Origin: Thermoplasmata archaeon
GTDB lineage: Archaea > Thermoplasmatota > Thermoplasmata > Lutacidiplasmatales > UBA184
Assembly: GCA_021796385.1 (NCBI GenBank)
Contig: JAJYXQ010000023.1
Coordinates: 16,807 to 80,806 of the forward strand
Length of the DNA: 64,000 nt
Reading direction: 5' to 3'
How positions within the stretch are numbered: the stretch's first letter is position 1; each line of letters starts with the position of its first letter. The position numbers were made by a program, and so were the translations under genes. The notes beneath the pieces were generated by a model, which made no database searches, was not told the DNA's origin, and worked only from the letters and a program-made list of their open reading frames with translations. This document shows, piece after piece, positions 38,105 to 48,180 of this stretch.

Positions 38105-39487
38105 CTAATATAAGTTTGCATCCGGGGTCCCGTCGGGACGGTCCGAGCCGTCCCAGGACCCGGGCCACTCGCGCAGCCCTCGCCGGGCGCCCGGGAAGAC
38201 CGCCTCCTCCCGGCCCGGACCGTAGCTCACGAAGAGGTACGGTACTCCGGTCGCCTGCGTGATGAAGGAAAGGTACTTCCGTAGCGCGGGAGGCAGGGCG
38301 CCATAGCCCTCCTTCCAGATCCGCGCGCGCAGCGCGGGGGTGAACTCGGGCCATCCCGGGAACTCCTCGTACACCGGCTCGAGATCGGCATAATCCTCCG
38401 GGAATGTCGGGGGTGTTGCGAGAACCTCGCCGGTCTTGGCATTGCGGTACCCCGTGGCCACCTTCACGCGCTCCTCCCCACCCAGTACATCGACCTTGGT
38501 GATGGCGAAGGAGGTGAACCCATTGACCTGGTGGGCGTAGCGAAGGAGCACGAGGTCAAGCCAGCCGCAGCGGCGGGGGCGTCCGGTGGTCGCTCCCCGC
38601 TCTCCGCCCTTTTCCCGGATCCTCTCGCCGAGCTCGTCCGCGAGTTCGGTCGGGAAGGGCCCGGTCCCCACCCGGGTGCAGTAGGCCTTCGTGACCCCGA
38701 CGACGGCATCGGGGGTGCGGGGCGGGATCCCTGCCCCCACGAAGGCTCCGGCGGAGGTCGTATGGGAAGAGGTCACGAAAGGGTATGTGCCGTAGTCCAC
38801 ATCCAAAAGGGTACCCTGGGCCCCCTCGAAGAGGACCCGTTCCTGGGACTCGAGGGCCTTCCAAAGGATGGGCTCCGTGGGTCCGATGAAACCGGAGAGC
38901 TTCTCCCGGGCGGTCTCCAGCTCCGAAAGGGTCTCTTCCAGGGACGGAAGGGCGTGGCCCTTGTCCGACTTCACGTAAGCGCGGGCCTTGTACAGACGCT
39001 CGACCTTCTCCTTCAGAGTGTCCGGGCGCAGGAGATCGCCCATGCGAATCCCCCACCGTCCCACCCGGTCCATGTACGCGGGGCCGATGCCCCGGAGCGT
39101 GGTGCCGGCCGGGGAAGCACCTCGCTGGTGCTCTTCCCACGCATCCGCCGTCCGGTGGAGGGGGAGGATGACGTGGGCCCGCTCACTGATGTGCAGCTTC
39201 CCATGAAGGAGGCCGGCCTTCTTGACCCGGGCGATCTCCTCGACCATGTCCGGGGGGGACAACACCATGCCCGTCCCCGCGATCGCAGTGCAACCGGGAC
39301 GGAGGATGCCACTCGGGAGTTGGTGGAGCACGATGTGCTTGTCTCCGATGTGGATCGAGTGGCCCGCGTTCGGTCCTCCTTGGAACCGGACAACGCAATC
39401 CGCCTGACCCGCCAGGAAATCGGTGACGCGGCCCTTGCCTTCGTCCCCGAACTGGGCCCCGATGACGATCGTGAGGGTCGTGGCCAG
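38105..39487 (-). CDS. purA: adenylosuccinate synthetase; N-terminal P-loop region lies upstream of the track ORF start and lacks an in-frame canonical start codon
   Basis: The in-frame upstream translation gives LATTLTIVIGAQFGDEGKGRVTDFLAGQADCVVRFQGGPNAGHSI, the conserved AdSS N-terminus, followed by the rest of AdSS (GIGPAYMDRVGRWGIRMGDL, TKVDVLGG). The in-frame TGA sits 16 codons before IVIG, with no ATG/GTG/TTG between. Confidence 0.85.
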   Translation of the reverse strand: MATTLTIVIGAQFGDEGKGRVTDFLAGQADCVVRFQGGPNAGHSIHIGDKHIVLHQLPSGILRPGCTAIAGTGMVLSPPDMVEEIARVKKAGLLHGKLHISERAHVILPLHRTADAWEEHQRGASPAGTTLRGIGPAYMDRVGRWGIRMGDLLRPDTLKEKVERLYKARAYVKSDKGHALPSLEETLSELETAREKLSGFIGPTEPILWKALESQERVLFEGAQGTLLDVDYGTYPFVTSSHTTSAGAFVGAGIPPRTPDAVVGVTKAYCTRVGTGPFPTELADELGERIREKGGERGATTGRPRRCGWLDLVLLRYAHQVNGFTSFAITKVDVLGGEERVKVATGYRNAKTGEVLATPPTFPEDYADLEPVYEEFPGWPEFTPALRARIWKEGYGALPPALRKYLSFITQATGVPYLFVSYGPGREEAVFPGARRGLREWPGSWDGSDRPDGTPDANLY

Positions 39488-39502
39488 ATCACCCCGGGAG
39501 CG

Positions 39503-41947
39503 TCACTGGGAGGGGGGCGGCATCGGTGGAGGGTACTCTGCTCCCGGTTCGGAGGCCGGAGCGGCCCCCTGCTCCGCGGCGGGGGGCGCTCCCCCTTCTG
39601 GCGCGGGTTGCTCCCAGGTTTGAACTCCCCCGGCGTTCGCCGGCTCGGGCTCGGACTTCCCGAAGCGCTTCTTGTGGGGCCGGACCATCCCGGGCTCGCG
39701 GGGATGCCGGCGCCGCCACAGGAGGAAGACGAGCAACGCGGCGACGATCAGGATGACGATCACGAGGATGTCGGAGACCGTGAACCCGCTGCCGGCGCCG
39801 ATCTCGTAGTTGAGCGCGGAGGGAGAGGGGTTCACGAGGAGCGCCACGTCGGTCCCGACCGTCTGACCACCGGTGGGGGTGGGGATCCCCGCATTGAACA
39901 CGACGAGGGAGATCCCGGTGCCGGTCGACGACGGCACCTGCAACGTGAAGGAGCCGCTCGTCGAGGTCTCCTGGATGACCGTCTCACCCTGTTGGGTGTT
40001 GAGGAAGCCCGCGCTTAAGGTGAAGAACTTGGGGGGAGTCGCCAGTCCGAGGGACGCCAACGTGTACGAGAACGTCACGCTCTCCCCGGGCTGGTAGCTC
40101 CCATCCGAGTATTGGGATGGGGTCGCGATGGACACCACGAGCGCATAGCCCGAGTACTCGTAGAGCTGGAGGTCCTGGCCTGCGATCACGCCGGTCGTGT
40201 TTTGGGCGATCACGGTGAGCGTGTAGGTGGGGAGGGTGCCCGAAGACGGGATGGTGAACTGGAAGCTGGTCGAAGTGCCCAAGGTCTGGTTGTAAATGAT
40301 CACCGTGTTCCCATTGGTGCCGGTCCCGGACACGCTGGCGAAGTAGGAGGCGGTGTTGAATACCTGCCCCTCCGGCGTGAAGCTCACATGGATGGTGTCC
40401 CCGGAGTGGTAGACGACCTCGCTCGGCTGCACGAGCAACTTGGGGGGGCTGACGAGCGTGCAGACGCTGCCGTAGACCGAGGCCGTGGCATTGTTCGCCT
40501 GGACTTCGATGGTCAGCACACCGCTGAAGGAGGTGGGGATCGCATAGCTCGGGACGTTCCCGGAAGTGCCGGAGAGCGGCCCCTCCGCCAGGAAGAGGTT
40601 GGTGACGCCACAGGCACCGGTCGTGGTGAGCGAACCGGCGTCCCCGAAGATGTAGTAGGCGTTCGCCGACCAACCGGACACGGGGTGCCCCGTGAACGAG
40701 GTGACCACGAAGCTCGCGGCCAGCGTGTCCCCGCCATAGTAACCCGCCGAGCCCACGGTCACCTGGACCTGAGCGGCCGGGGAGGCGGCGATGTTCACGA
40801 AGACCGTCTCGTGCATGGCCTGGACGGCGGCGTTGGATGGGTCGCTGATCGCGGCCGTGATGTTGAGGTCACCGGTGCCGAGGCCCGCGGTCTGCACCAC
40901 ACCCTGCGCCACGCCGGAACTGTTGGTGATCAAGGGGTACTTCGGGAAGCCCGGGGAAACCTGTTGGTTGTTGAGGTAGAAGGTGACGAGGACGGACCCG
41001 CCGACCCACGGTTCGGTTCCCGAGGGTCCGCTCACGCTCCCGTAGATGGTCAGGACGAAGTTCTGACCGGGCTGGATCTGGGCCGTGTTCGGGGCACAGG
41101 CGGAGCCGCCTCCCCCGATGGTGCTGCCCACACAGACGTTCGGGAGCTGCGGGGAGGATATCCAGAGGTTGGTCACGGAGCTGTTCTCACTGAAGAGCCC
41201 CGTGGGAAGGGTGGCATTCGCTTCGACCTGGACCGTCAGGGTGCTGTCCCCGATCGCATCCGGGGGGACCGTGAAGGGGATGGCCGTGGCGTTGGTCGCT
41301 GCCGGGTGGGAACTGATCGTGTTGACGGGCGTGCAGACGCCCGGGTTGGTCTGCTGGTCGTAGCACGTCGTAACGAAGAAGGTAAGCGAGGAAGTGGAGG
41401 TCTGGAGCCCGCCCGTGGTGGAGTTGTACACATTGATGTACAGCACGGCGCGGTCCCCGGGAAGGTGATAGGCCCGGTCGAAGGCCACCTGCACATCGTA
41501 CGGGGGTCCGTGGACGGCCAGCACCAGGTTGGAGGTGGTGGAGAGGCCGCTCGAATCCCGGGCCGTCACGGTCACCGGGTAGGACCCGGCCGTGGCGTAG
41601 TTGTGGGTGAAACTGAAGTTCGCCTGGTAGGAGAAGTTGTACTGGGTGTTCGTGGCCCCATCTCCCCACTGGATCGTGATGATGTTGATTAGGCATCCGG
41701 CACCCGCGCCGGCGATCGCCGTGCCGGAGACGGTGGCGAAGAATCCCCGGACGCTCTGGGATTGGATCGTCAAGGAGGGCGCGTTCGTGCAAGCATGGGG
41801 TGTGGAAGGCTGGATGGGGGCTCCCGAAACTCCCCCGAGGCTCGCGACCAGCCCCGAGAGCAACAACAATGCCGTGGCGTACACTACAGGCTTCCAGAAA
41901 GACCCCATGATTTTGAGATAACCGAGGGTGATATAAGGCTGATTCAT
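39503..41947 (-). CDS. large sequon-rich cell-surface glycoprotein (S-layer-like candidate) with C-terminal TM anchor and Pro/Ala-rich cytoplasmic tail
   Basis: Signal peptide MGSFWKPVVYATALLLLSGLVASLG. Multiple Ig-like beta-rich segments. C-terminal ILVIVILIVAALLVFLLWRRRHPREP. Confidence 0.7.
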   Translation of the reverse strand: MNQPYITLGYLKIMGSFWKPVVYATALLLLSGLVASLGGVSGAPIQPSTPHACTNAPSLTIQSQSVRGFFATVSGTAIAGAGAGCLINIITIQWGDGATNTQYNFSYQANFSFTHNYATAGSYPVTVTARDSSGLSTTSNLVLAVHGPPYDVQVAFDRAYHLPGDRAVLYINVYNSTTGGLQTSTSSLTFFVTTCYDQQTNPGVCTPVNTISSHPAATNATAIPFTVPPDAIGDSTLTVQVEANATLPTGLFSENSSVTNLWISSPQLPNVCVGSTIGGGGSACAPNTAQIQPGQNFVLTIYGSVSGPSGTEPWVGGSVLVTFYLNNQQVSPGFPKYPLITNSSGVAQGVVQTAGLGTGDLNITAAISDPSNAAVQAMHETVFVNIAASPAAQVQVTVGSAGYYGGDTLAASFVVTSFTGHPVSGWSANAYYIFGDAGSLTTTGACGVTNLFLAEGPLSGTSGNVPSYAIPTSFSGVLTIEVQANNATASVYGSVCTLVSPPKLLVQPSEVVYHSGDTIHVSFTPEGQVFNTASYFASVSGTGTNGNTVIIYNQTLGTSTSFQFTIPSSGTLPTYTLTVIAQNTTGVIAGQDLQLYEYSGYALVVSIATPSQYSDGSYQPGESVTFSYTLASLGLATPPKFFTLSAGFLNTQQGETVIQETSTSGSFTLQVPSSTGTGISLVVFNAGIPTPTGGQTVGTDVALLVNPSPSALNYEIGAGSGFTVSDILVIVILIVAALLVFLLWRRRHPREPGMVRPHKKRFGKSEPEPANAGGVQTWEQPAPEGGAPPAAEQGAAPASEPGAEYPPPMPPPSQ

Positions 41948-42000
41948 CCCCCTGCTGTGTTGAATGAACCCTAGCCGATACGTAGCGGGAGCGCCCTCAA

Positions 42001-42876
42001 ATGTTATCTTCCTTCGACCCTCGATCGGTCATGGCCGTGCCCCTTCCCTCCCAGTCCCCCCTTCAAGTCGACCGAACCCCGGACTTCTCCCCGTTCAACG
42101 CCAAGTTGGGGTCCTCACAAATGTTCCATCTTCGAGAGAGCCAACTCGAGGAGTCGGGCTTTCGCTTCACCCTTCTGGATGGTGCCAAGACCCCCATTCT
42201 AGATTTCGAGCCCCAGTCGCTCTGCCACTGGTACCCCGGTCCCTCCCACGGATTCGCACCGCGATCCCTCGGTGTTTACCGGGTGCTCGGGAATGGCGGA
42301 GAGATCGTCGGCACCTTACAAAGAGAAGTCACCACTACGGACCCTTCGGGGAGTCAGATTGTATGCGTTCCCCTCTGGCCCTTGCCCAGAGGCGACGACA
42401 CCCCCCGAGGGCTTCGTCGGTCAGCCGCCACATTCTTTGATAACGCCGGACACGCGATGCTCATCTCCCGAACCGTGGCAGGGTTCCCGATCTGGCACCG
42501 ATATCCGCTGTTAGACGAGGGTGCAACCTTCCCCTCGGGATCCCTGCAGTCGCGGACCAACCCGCCTACCCTTTCCTCCGTTGTGGTGACCCATTCTATC
42601 CCACTGGTGGATGGGTATGGTCGCCAGGTGACGCAGGCCGTTCACGAGGGGTTCCTTGGCATGAGCTACGAGATCCCTTGGAGTGGCCCCACGCCTCCGT
42701 TCCCATTCCTCATCCATCTGCTGTCGGTCCTGTTGGAAGCCAAGGCGACCGCGGTTCTTGCCTCCAGCTTGAACATTGTTGCAGCGACAACTTTTAACGC
42801 CAGCATCAACATGGGAGGAGCTCCTCCGCTGATTGGTAACGTTTCGGTAGTACAAGATACGGCGCCGCAAGGGTGA
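42001..42876 (+). CDS. hypothetical protein (weak call)
   Basis: 291-aa ORF with no recognisable motifs and moderate GC. Not overlapped by a better ORF. Confidence 0.3.
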   Translation: MLSSFDPRSVMAVPLPSQSPLQVDRTPDFSPFNAKLGSSQMFHLRESQLEESGFRFTLLDGAKTPILDFEPQSLCHWYPGPSHGFAPRSLGVYRVLGNGGEIVGTLQREVTTTDPSGSQIVCVPLWPLPRGDDTPRGLRRSAATFFDNAGHAMLISRTVAGFPIWHRYPLLDEGATFPSGSLQSRTNPPTLSSVVVTHSIPLVDGYGRQVTQAVHEGFLGMSYEIPWSGPTPPFPFLIHLLSVLLEAKATAVLASSLNIVAATTFNASINMGGAPPLIGNVSVVQDTAPQG

Positions 42877-43677
42877 AATCCCCGGACTCAACCTCGATTC
42901 CGGCGGGCCCCCGGCTTCGCGACCCGTATCGTGTAGCCCATCTCGGTCGGTTCTCGGGTAGCGCCATCCTCGCTGAACCTGAGCCACACTTGAGGTCGGG
43001 GAGATTCTTTGGTCGCCGCTCAACTCCAAACCGAACTTCGACATGGATAGCATGACCGTACACGCCGATATTTCGGGAGAGGCGCACCCCCCCTTTGTTA
43101 TGCTAGCTTCTCGAGGTGGACTACCCCTCCATCTCGATCACGTCGAGCCCCGTCCAGCCCTTCGCGAACTGCTCGACCCTTAGCCCCACCACCTCACGAT
43201 CACCCTGTGCTGGGCATCCAGCTCTGTGAACTGGTTGAACCTCACACCCGTGTCTGCAATACGAGGAAGTCATTCAACAGAGCATCATCCCCCAGAACAT
43301 CGCTTCCCGGGCCGGAGCGAGTCCGGCTGGATGCGGTCCGCACCGGGTCGCTTCCCCCCGTTCTTAGACGCGCGCGTGTGGCCTACCTCCCGATCCTCGG
43401 TGGAACCGAACGCGAACCCTCGGGAACACCTACGCCACTATCTATGCCTGATAAATACACATATGTTCGTTAACTGATGTCTTCACGAAACATAATTCCT
43501 ATTGGTCGTGTTTCTTGTAAGGTTGACGCAACAGTAACAAAGCGCGACGATGACAGCACCGCGGCTAGCCACCTGAATCGCCCCCGAGAATCCCCCGAAC
43601 CCCTCTCGATTTTCAGACGGTGTACCGCCGGTGGCTTGAAATACTCCCGGTGTAATGTCCGTACCCGGGTGTTCCCC

Positions 43678-43893
43678 ATGGGACAAAAGATCGGAAAGGA
43701 GCAAATAAAGAGGGAGAGCGGCTATCTGTACTATCTCGGCAAGGACGGCTTTATGTGGAAGTCGCCCATGAAGATGAACAAGAAGGGCAAGAAGGCCAAG
43801 GTTGGTACGGAGAAATTCAGCCGGGAGTCGGGATACATGTACTATCTCGACAAGAACGGCTACGTATCCAAGGCCAAGATGAAGAACGCCTGA
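43678..43893 (+). CDS. small basic protein with internal tandem repeat RESGY(L/M)YYL(G/D)K(D/N)G(F/Y)
   Basis: MGQKIGKEQIKRESGYLYYLGKDGFMWKSPMKMNKKGKKAKVGTEKFSRESGYMYYLDKNGYVSKAKMKNA. Local AT-richer region. The longer track ORF begins at 43477. Confidence 0.4.
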   Translation: MGQKIGKEQIKRESGYLYYLGKDGFMWKSPMKMNKKGKKAKVGTEKFSRESGYMYYLDKNGYVSKAKMKNA

Positions 43894-44066
43894 AGGGCGT
43901 TCTCTCATTTCTCCCCGACAGACCATCCCCCGCGCCGCTATGGTGCGGGGGGTGAACCCCTTTCCCTTTTTTCTGGCCCTTTCTTTGGTCCCGGGCCCGC
44001 AGGCTTTCCCTCCGGGACGGAAGCATCAAGAGCCCCGGCGCCTACGTCCCGGCAAGGGGGGTATTC

Positions 44067-44477
44067 TTGAGCGAGATAACACAGTCCCGGCGGGTGAGAT
44101 GGGGAGAGGTGGACAGCGCGGGCATCGTGTTCTATCCCAATTACTTCCAATGGTTCGACAACGCGACCCACGATCTCTTCCGCGCGAACGGTATCGCGCT
44201 CAAGGACCTCGCCCGGGAAGGCGTGGTCGTGCCGATCCTCTCGGCCGGGGTCGAGTTCAAAGCGCCGTTGCACTATGATGAGGAGTTCCGCCTGCGGTCG
44301 CGGTTTGCCGATCTGACGGAGAAGACCTTCCGGGTGCGGCACGAAGTGTCCTCTCCCGAGGGCAAGACGCTCTCCGAGGGCTGGGAGCTTCGGGGCTGGG
44401 CCCGGTTGGGACCCGAGGGGATCCATCTCGAACCCGTCCCGGCCCGTCACCGGGCTGTGCTCGAGGGAGGCCCCTGA
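44067..44477 (+). CDS. hotdog-fold acyl-CoA thioesterase (4HBT/YbgC-like)
   Basis: RVRWGEVDSAGIVFYPNYFQWFDNATHDLF, typical 4HBT N-terminus. ATGA overlap with the downstream FAH gene. Confidence 0.7.
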   Translation: MSEITQSRRVRWGEVDSAGIVFYPNYFQWFDNATHDLFRANGIALKDLAREGVVVPILSAGVEFKAPLHYDEEFRLRSRFADLTEKTFRVRHEVSSPEGKTLSEGWELRGWARLGPEGIHLEPVPARHRAVLEGGP

Positions 44478-45355
44478 TGCAACGCTATCTTTTGCGGGCC
44501 CGGTTCGGGTCCGAGGCCTCCTGGGGCGTGCGCGAGGGCGATCGCTTCCTCGTGCCGGTGGACCGCAAGGCCTACCCCTCTGACACCCCGGAAAGCATGC
44601 TCAAGCTCTGGGCGGAGCGCGACCACGCCCCGCTAGAGTGGGTGGAACCGCCGGGGACCTTCCTGCCCCCGCTCCCCATCCACCGGATCTTCTGCCCGGC
44701 GGTCAATTTCCGGATGCACGGGAAGGAGGCCCACATGGAGGTCCCCTCGGAGCCCTACTTCTTCCTGAAGTTCCCCTCCTCCGCCGTTCCCCACGGGGGT
44801 GCGGTCGTCCTCCCCCACCAGGTGACCCAGGCCGACTATGAGGGGGAGATCGGGATCATCGTGGGCCGGAAAGGAAAGCACTGGGACCGGAAGGAGGCGG
44901 AAGAGGCCATCTTCGGCTACACGATCGTGGATGACGTCAGCCTCCGCGACTACCAGTTCCGGGAGGCGCCCCGCTACGGGAAGAACTGGGTCATGGGCAA
45001 GGCCTTCGACGATTCGTTCCCCATCGGCCCCTGGATCCTCCCGAGGGAAAACGCGCCCGACTTCAACTTCACCATCGAGACCAAGGTAAATGGGGAACTC
45101 CGGCAGTCGGGCTCGACCGAGGACATGATCTACAGCCCCGGGGAACTGCTTTCCTATCTCAGCGAGGTCAACACCCTCGGTCCCGGGGATGTGGTCACCA
45201 CCGGGACCCCCTCCGGGGTCGCTGCCCACAACGACCGGCGGTACCTGCGGGCGGGGGACGTGGTCGAGATCGAGGTGAGCCGGATCGGGACGCTCCGCCA
45301 CCACATCTCGGTCGAGGAGATGCCCCCGGCTCATCAGACCCGGAGTGCCCACTGA
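44477..45355 (+). CDS. fumarylacetoacetate hydrolase (FAH)-family protein (hydratase/hydrolase/decarboxylase)
   Basis: GKNWVMGKAFDDSFPIGPWI, GTPSGV, YEGEIGIIVG, conserved FAH-family blocks. Confidence 0.85.
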   Translation: MQRYLLRARFGSEASWGVREGDRFLVPVDRKAYPSDTPESMLKLWAERDHAPLEWVEPPGTFLPPLPIHRIFCPAVNFRMHGKEAHMEVPSEPYFFLKFPSSAVPHGGAVVLPHQVTQADYEGEIGIIVGRKGKHWDRKEAEEAIFGYTIVDDVSLRDYQFREAPRYGKNWVMGKAFDDSFPIGPWILPRENAPDFNFTIETKVNGELRQSGSTEDMIYSPGELLSYLSEVNTLGPGDVVTTGTPSGVAAHNDRRYLRAGDVVEIEVSRIGTLRHHISVEEMPPAHQTRSAH

Positions 45356-45415
45356 GGGCATGCGCACCGGCAGGTCCCCGCGGTCCGGCAGCATGATCGA
45401 ACGTCTTCGGTCCCC

Positions 45416-48028
45416 TTGAGGAGAACGGGCATGTCGCAGGAGGGACCGGCCGCACCATCATCCCCTCCTCTCCCGTTGTCCCCCCCCGAGGGGCGGACGG
45501 GGCTCTCTGCGTCCGAGGTGCGCGAACGCCTCGAACGGTTCGGGCCGAACGAGCTTCCCAAGGGGAAGGGGCATGGCATCGCCGCCTTGCTGTGGGAGGT
45601 CCTCGGCGAACCGATGGTCCTCCTGCTGCTCTTCGCCGGAGGGATCTACTTCTTCCTTGGAGAGCCGCGGGATGCCGTCATCCTGCTCGGTTCCGTCGGG
45701 GTCATCATCGCCATCACGGTCGTGCAGAACGGCAAGACGGAGCGAGCCCTCGAGGCCCTCCGGACGCTCTCCACCCCCCCAGCCATCGTCGTGCGCGAGG
45801 GACGGCAGCAACGCATCCCGCGTGCGGAGGTGGTCCCGGACGACCTCCTGGTCCTCCTGGAGGGGGACCGCATCCCGGCCGACGGCCTCGTCCTCGAGAC
45901 CAATGACCTCCAGGTGGACGAATCCCTGTTGACCGGCGAATCCGTGCCCGTACGGAAGAGCGCCCGGACCCCCACGGGAGGGAACGCGGTCCCGGGCGGG
46001 GAGGACACTCCCTATGTCTTCGCCGGCACGCTCGTGGTGCGCGGGACGGGATACGCCCGGACCCTCCGCACGGGTGCCCGCACCGAACTCGGCCGGATCG
46101 GGGAGTCGCTCCGGCTCCTCGAAGAGTCGACGACCCACCTCCAGCAGGAGAGTCACCGCCTCGTCCGCGGGATGGCCCTGGCGGCCCTGATCTCTTGCGC
46201 CAGCGTCGTGCTCCTCTTCGGTCTGCTGCGTGGCAGCTGGATTGGCGGGCTCCTCGCCGGGGTCACGCTCGCCATGTCGGTGATCCCGGAGGAGATACCG
46301 CTCATACTCACGGTCTTCCTCGCCATCGGGGCGGCCCAGATCGCCCGGGAGGGGGCCCTCACCCGCCGCTTCGCGGCCATCGAGGGGCTGGGCGCCACGA
46401 CCGTCCTCTGTGTCGACAAGACCGGCACGCTCACGAAGAACCAGATGGCCATCCGCACGATCGTGACGAGCGCGGGGGTATCCACGCTCGATCCCCTGAC
46501 GCCCGTTCCCCTCGGTCCCGGGGCCGCGCTGGTCCTCGACCGAGCGATGCTGGCCTCGGACCTCCACCCCTACGACCCGATCGACCAGGCCTTCCGCCGC
46601 CTCGGGGAGTCCGAAGGGCTCCTTCTCCCGGAGAACCGGCCAGGCTACCGGCTCCTCCGGAGGTACCCCCTTCGATCGGATTTCCTCGCCGTCTGCCAAG
46701 CGTGGTCCGGGGCCGCTCCCGACCACCCTGTCCTCGCCGCGAAAGGCGCTCCTGAGGCGATCCTAGACCTGTGTGCGATGACAGGCCCCGAGCGGGTCCG
46801 TTGGGAGGACGTCATCACCGCGAACGCCCTGCAGGGGTTCCGCCTCCTCGGGGTCGCGGAGAGCGTGGTTCCCCAGGAGGCTCTGCCCGAGGACCCCCGG
46901 GATCGGCGCTTCCGCTTCCTGGGGCTCGTGGCCCTGGAGGACCCCCTCCGACCGGACGTCCCGGCGGCCGTCCGCGCCTGTCACCAGGCCGGAATCCGGC
47001 TGATCATGATCACCGGGGATTACCCGGTGACCGCGGTCCAGATCGCCAAGCGGGCCGGATTCCCCGACGGAAAGGTCATCACGGGAAACGAGATCACGGC
47101 CATTCCCCCCGGATTGCTCGCTTCCCGCCTCAAGGAGGTGAACGTCTGTGCACGGGTCACCCCCGATCAGAAGCTGACCATCGTCCGGGCCCTGCAACAG
47201 GCGGGCGAGATCGTGGCCATGACCGGGGATGGGGTGAACGATGCCCCCGCCCTCAAGGCGGCCGACGTGGGGGTGGCGATGGGCCGCCGGGGAACGGACG
47301 TGGCCCGTGAGGCGGCGGACGTCGTCCTCCTCGAGGACTCCTTTCCGACCATGGTCGTCGCCATCCGGGCCGGTCGGAAGATCGTGGACAACCTGCGGAA
47401 AGCGGTCTCCTTCCTCCTTTCGGTGCACATCCCCATCATCGGGCTCGTGCTGCTTCCCGTCCTCATCGGTCTCCCGCTCCTCCTCTTCCCGATCCACATC
47501 GTCATGCTGGAGTTCCTCATCGATCCGGCAGTCTCGGTGGGCTTCGAGTCCGAGCCCGCCGATCCGAACGTGATGGAGCGCCCCCCGCGGGACCCGAACC
47601 GGCCCATCTTCGATCGCACCCTCATACTGCGCGCCCTTACCGAGGGCGGAATCGTCCTGGCGGGCAGCTTCCTCCTGTTCCTCCTGGCGCTCGACCTCGG
47701 GTATGCGGAAGCCGTGGCCCGGAGCCTGTCGTTCACGTGCCTCGTGGCCGCCTCGCTCGCCCTGATGATCTCCAACCGGAGAGAGGCGGACGCCGACCCC
47801 CGTACCGGAAAGGAGGCGAACCGCAACATGCGGCTCATGGTCGTGCTGGTGGCGGCGGTCCTCGCCGTGGCGCTCTTCGTCCCTCCCGTGGCGGCGGTGT
47901 TCCACTTCGGCGTCGCCCCCCTCCCCGAGCTCACGCTGTCCATCCTCATCGGACTCCTCGCCGGAGGTTGGCGCGTGGTGAGACGATGGATCCGGTCCTT
48001 GGGAGAGGCGGCGGCCGCGCCCGCCTGA
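45416..48028 (+). CDS. P-type cation-transporting ATPase (type II, Ca2+/Mg2+-like)
   Basis: TGES, phosphorylation site CVDKTGTLT, hinge MTGDGVNDAPALKAADVGVAMG. 10 TM organisation. Confidence 0.9.
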   Translation: MRRTGMSQEGPAAPSSPPLPLSPPEGRTGLSASEVRERLERFGPNELPKGKGHGIAALLWEVLGEPMVLLLLFAGGIYFFLGEPRDAVILLGSVGVIIAITVVQNGKTERALEALRTLSTPPAIVVREGRQQRIPRAEVVPDDLLVLLEGDRIPADGLVLETNDLQVDESLLTGESVPVRKSARTPTGGNAVPGGEDTPYVFAGTLVVRGTGYARTLRTGARTELGRIGESLRLLEESTTHLQQESHRLVRGMALAALISCASVVLLFGLLRGSWIGGLLAGVTLAMSVIPEEIPLILTVFLAIGAAQIAREGALTRRFAAIEGLGATTVLCVDKTGTLTKNQMAIRTIVTSAGVSTLDPLTPVPLGPGAALVLDRAMLASDLHPYDPIDQAFRRLGESEGLLLPENRPGYRLLRRYPLRSDFLAVCQAWSGAAPDHPVLAAKGAPEAILDLCAMTGPERVRWEDVITANALQGFRLLGVAESVVPQEALPEDPRDRRFRFLGLVALEDPLRPDVPAAVRACHQAGIRLIMITGDYPVTAVQIAKRAGFPDGKVITGNEITAIPPGLLASRLKEVNVCARVTPDQKLTIVRALQQAGEIVAMTGDGVNDAPALKAADVGVAMGRRGTDVAREAADVVLLEDSFPTMVVAIRAGRKIVDNLRKAVSFLLSVHIPIIGLVLLPVLIGLPLLLFPIHIVMLEFLIDPAVSVGFESEPADPNVMERPPRDPNRPIFDRTLILRALTEGGIVLAGSFLLFLLALDLGYAEAVARSLSFTCLVAASLALMISNRREADADPRTGKEANRNMRLMVVLVAAVLAVALFVPPVAAVFHFGVAPLPELTLSILIGLLAGGWRVVRRWIRSLGEAAAAPA

Positions 48029-48180
48029 CCCGCTTTAATGGCCCCACGACCTGGGGCGGGATCGTGCTCTAACCCGCGCCCCGGATTCCCCCGGGCACAC
48101 ATTCGGGAGAACGAACCCCCAGGGGGAGGGTCCCGCTGGGACCTCCGTTCCTGGAGCGCATTCCATTCTTTCCCGGGAAG

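Noticed and set aside
38531-40018. 495-aa plus-strand ORF overlapping purA and the neighbouring surface-protein gene
   Set aside because: It is antisense to two genes with clear homology-type motifs (AdSS blocks; signal peptide and TM anchor). Its Arg/Gly/Pro-rich low-complexity translation is typical of spurious ORFs in about 65% GC DNA.
40112-41692. 526-aa ORF antisense to the 39503-41947 surface glycoprotein gene
   Set aside because: High-GC antisense artefact (Gly/Arg/Asp-rich, no motifs). The sense gene has a signal peptide, sequons and a C-terminal anchor.
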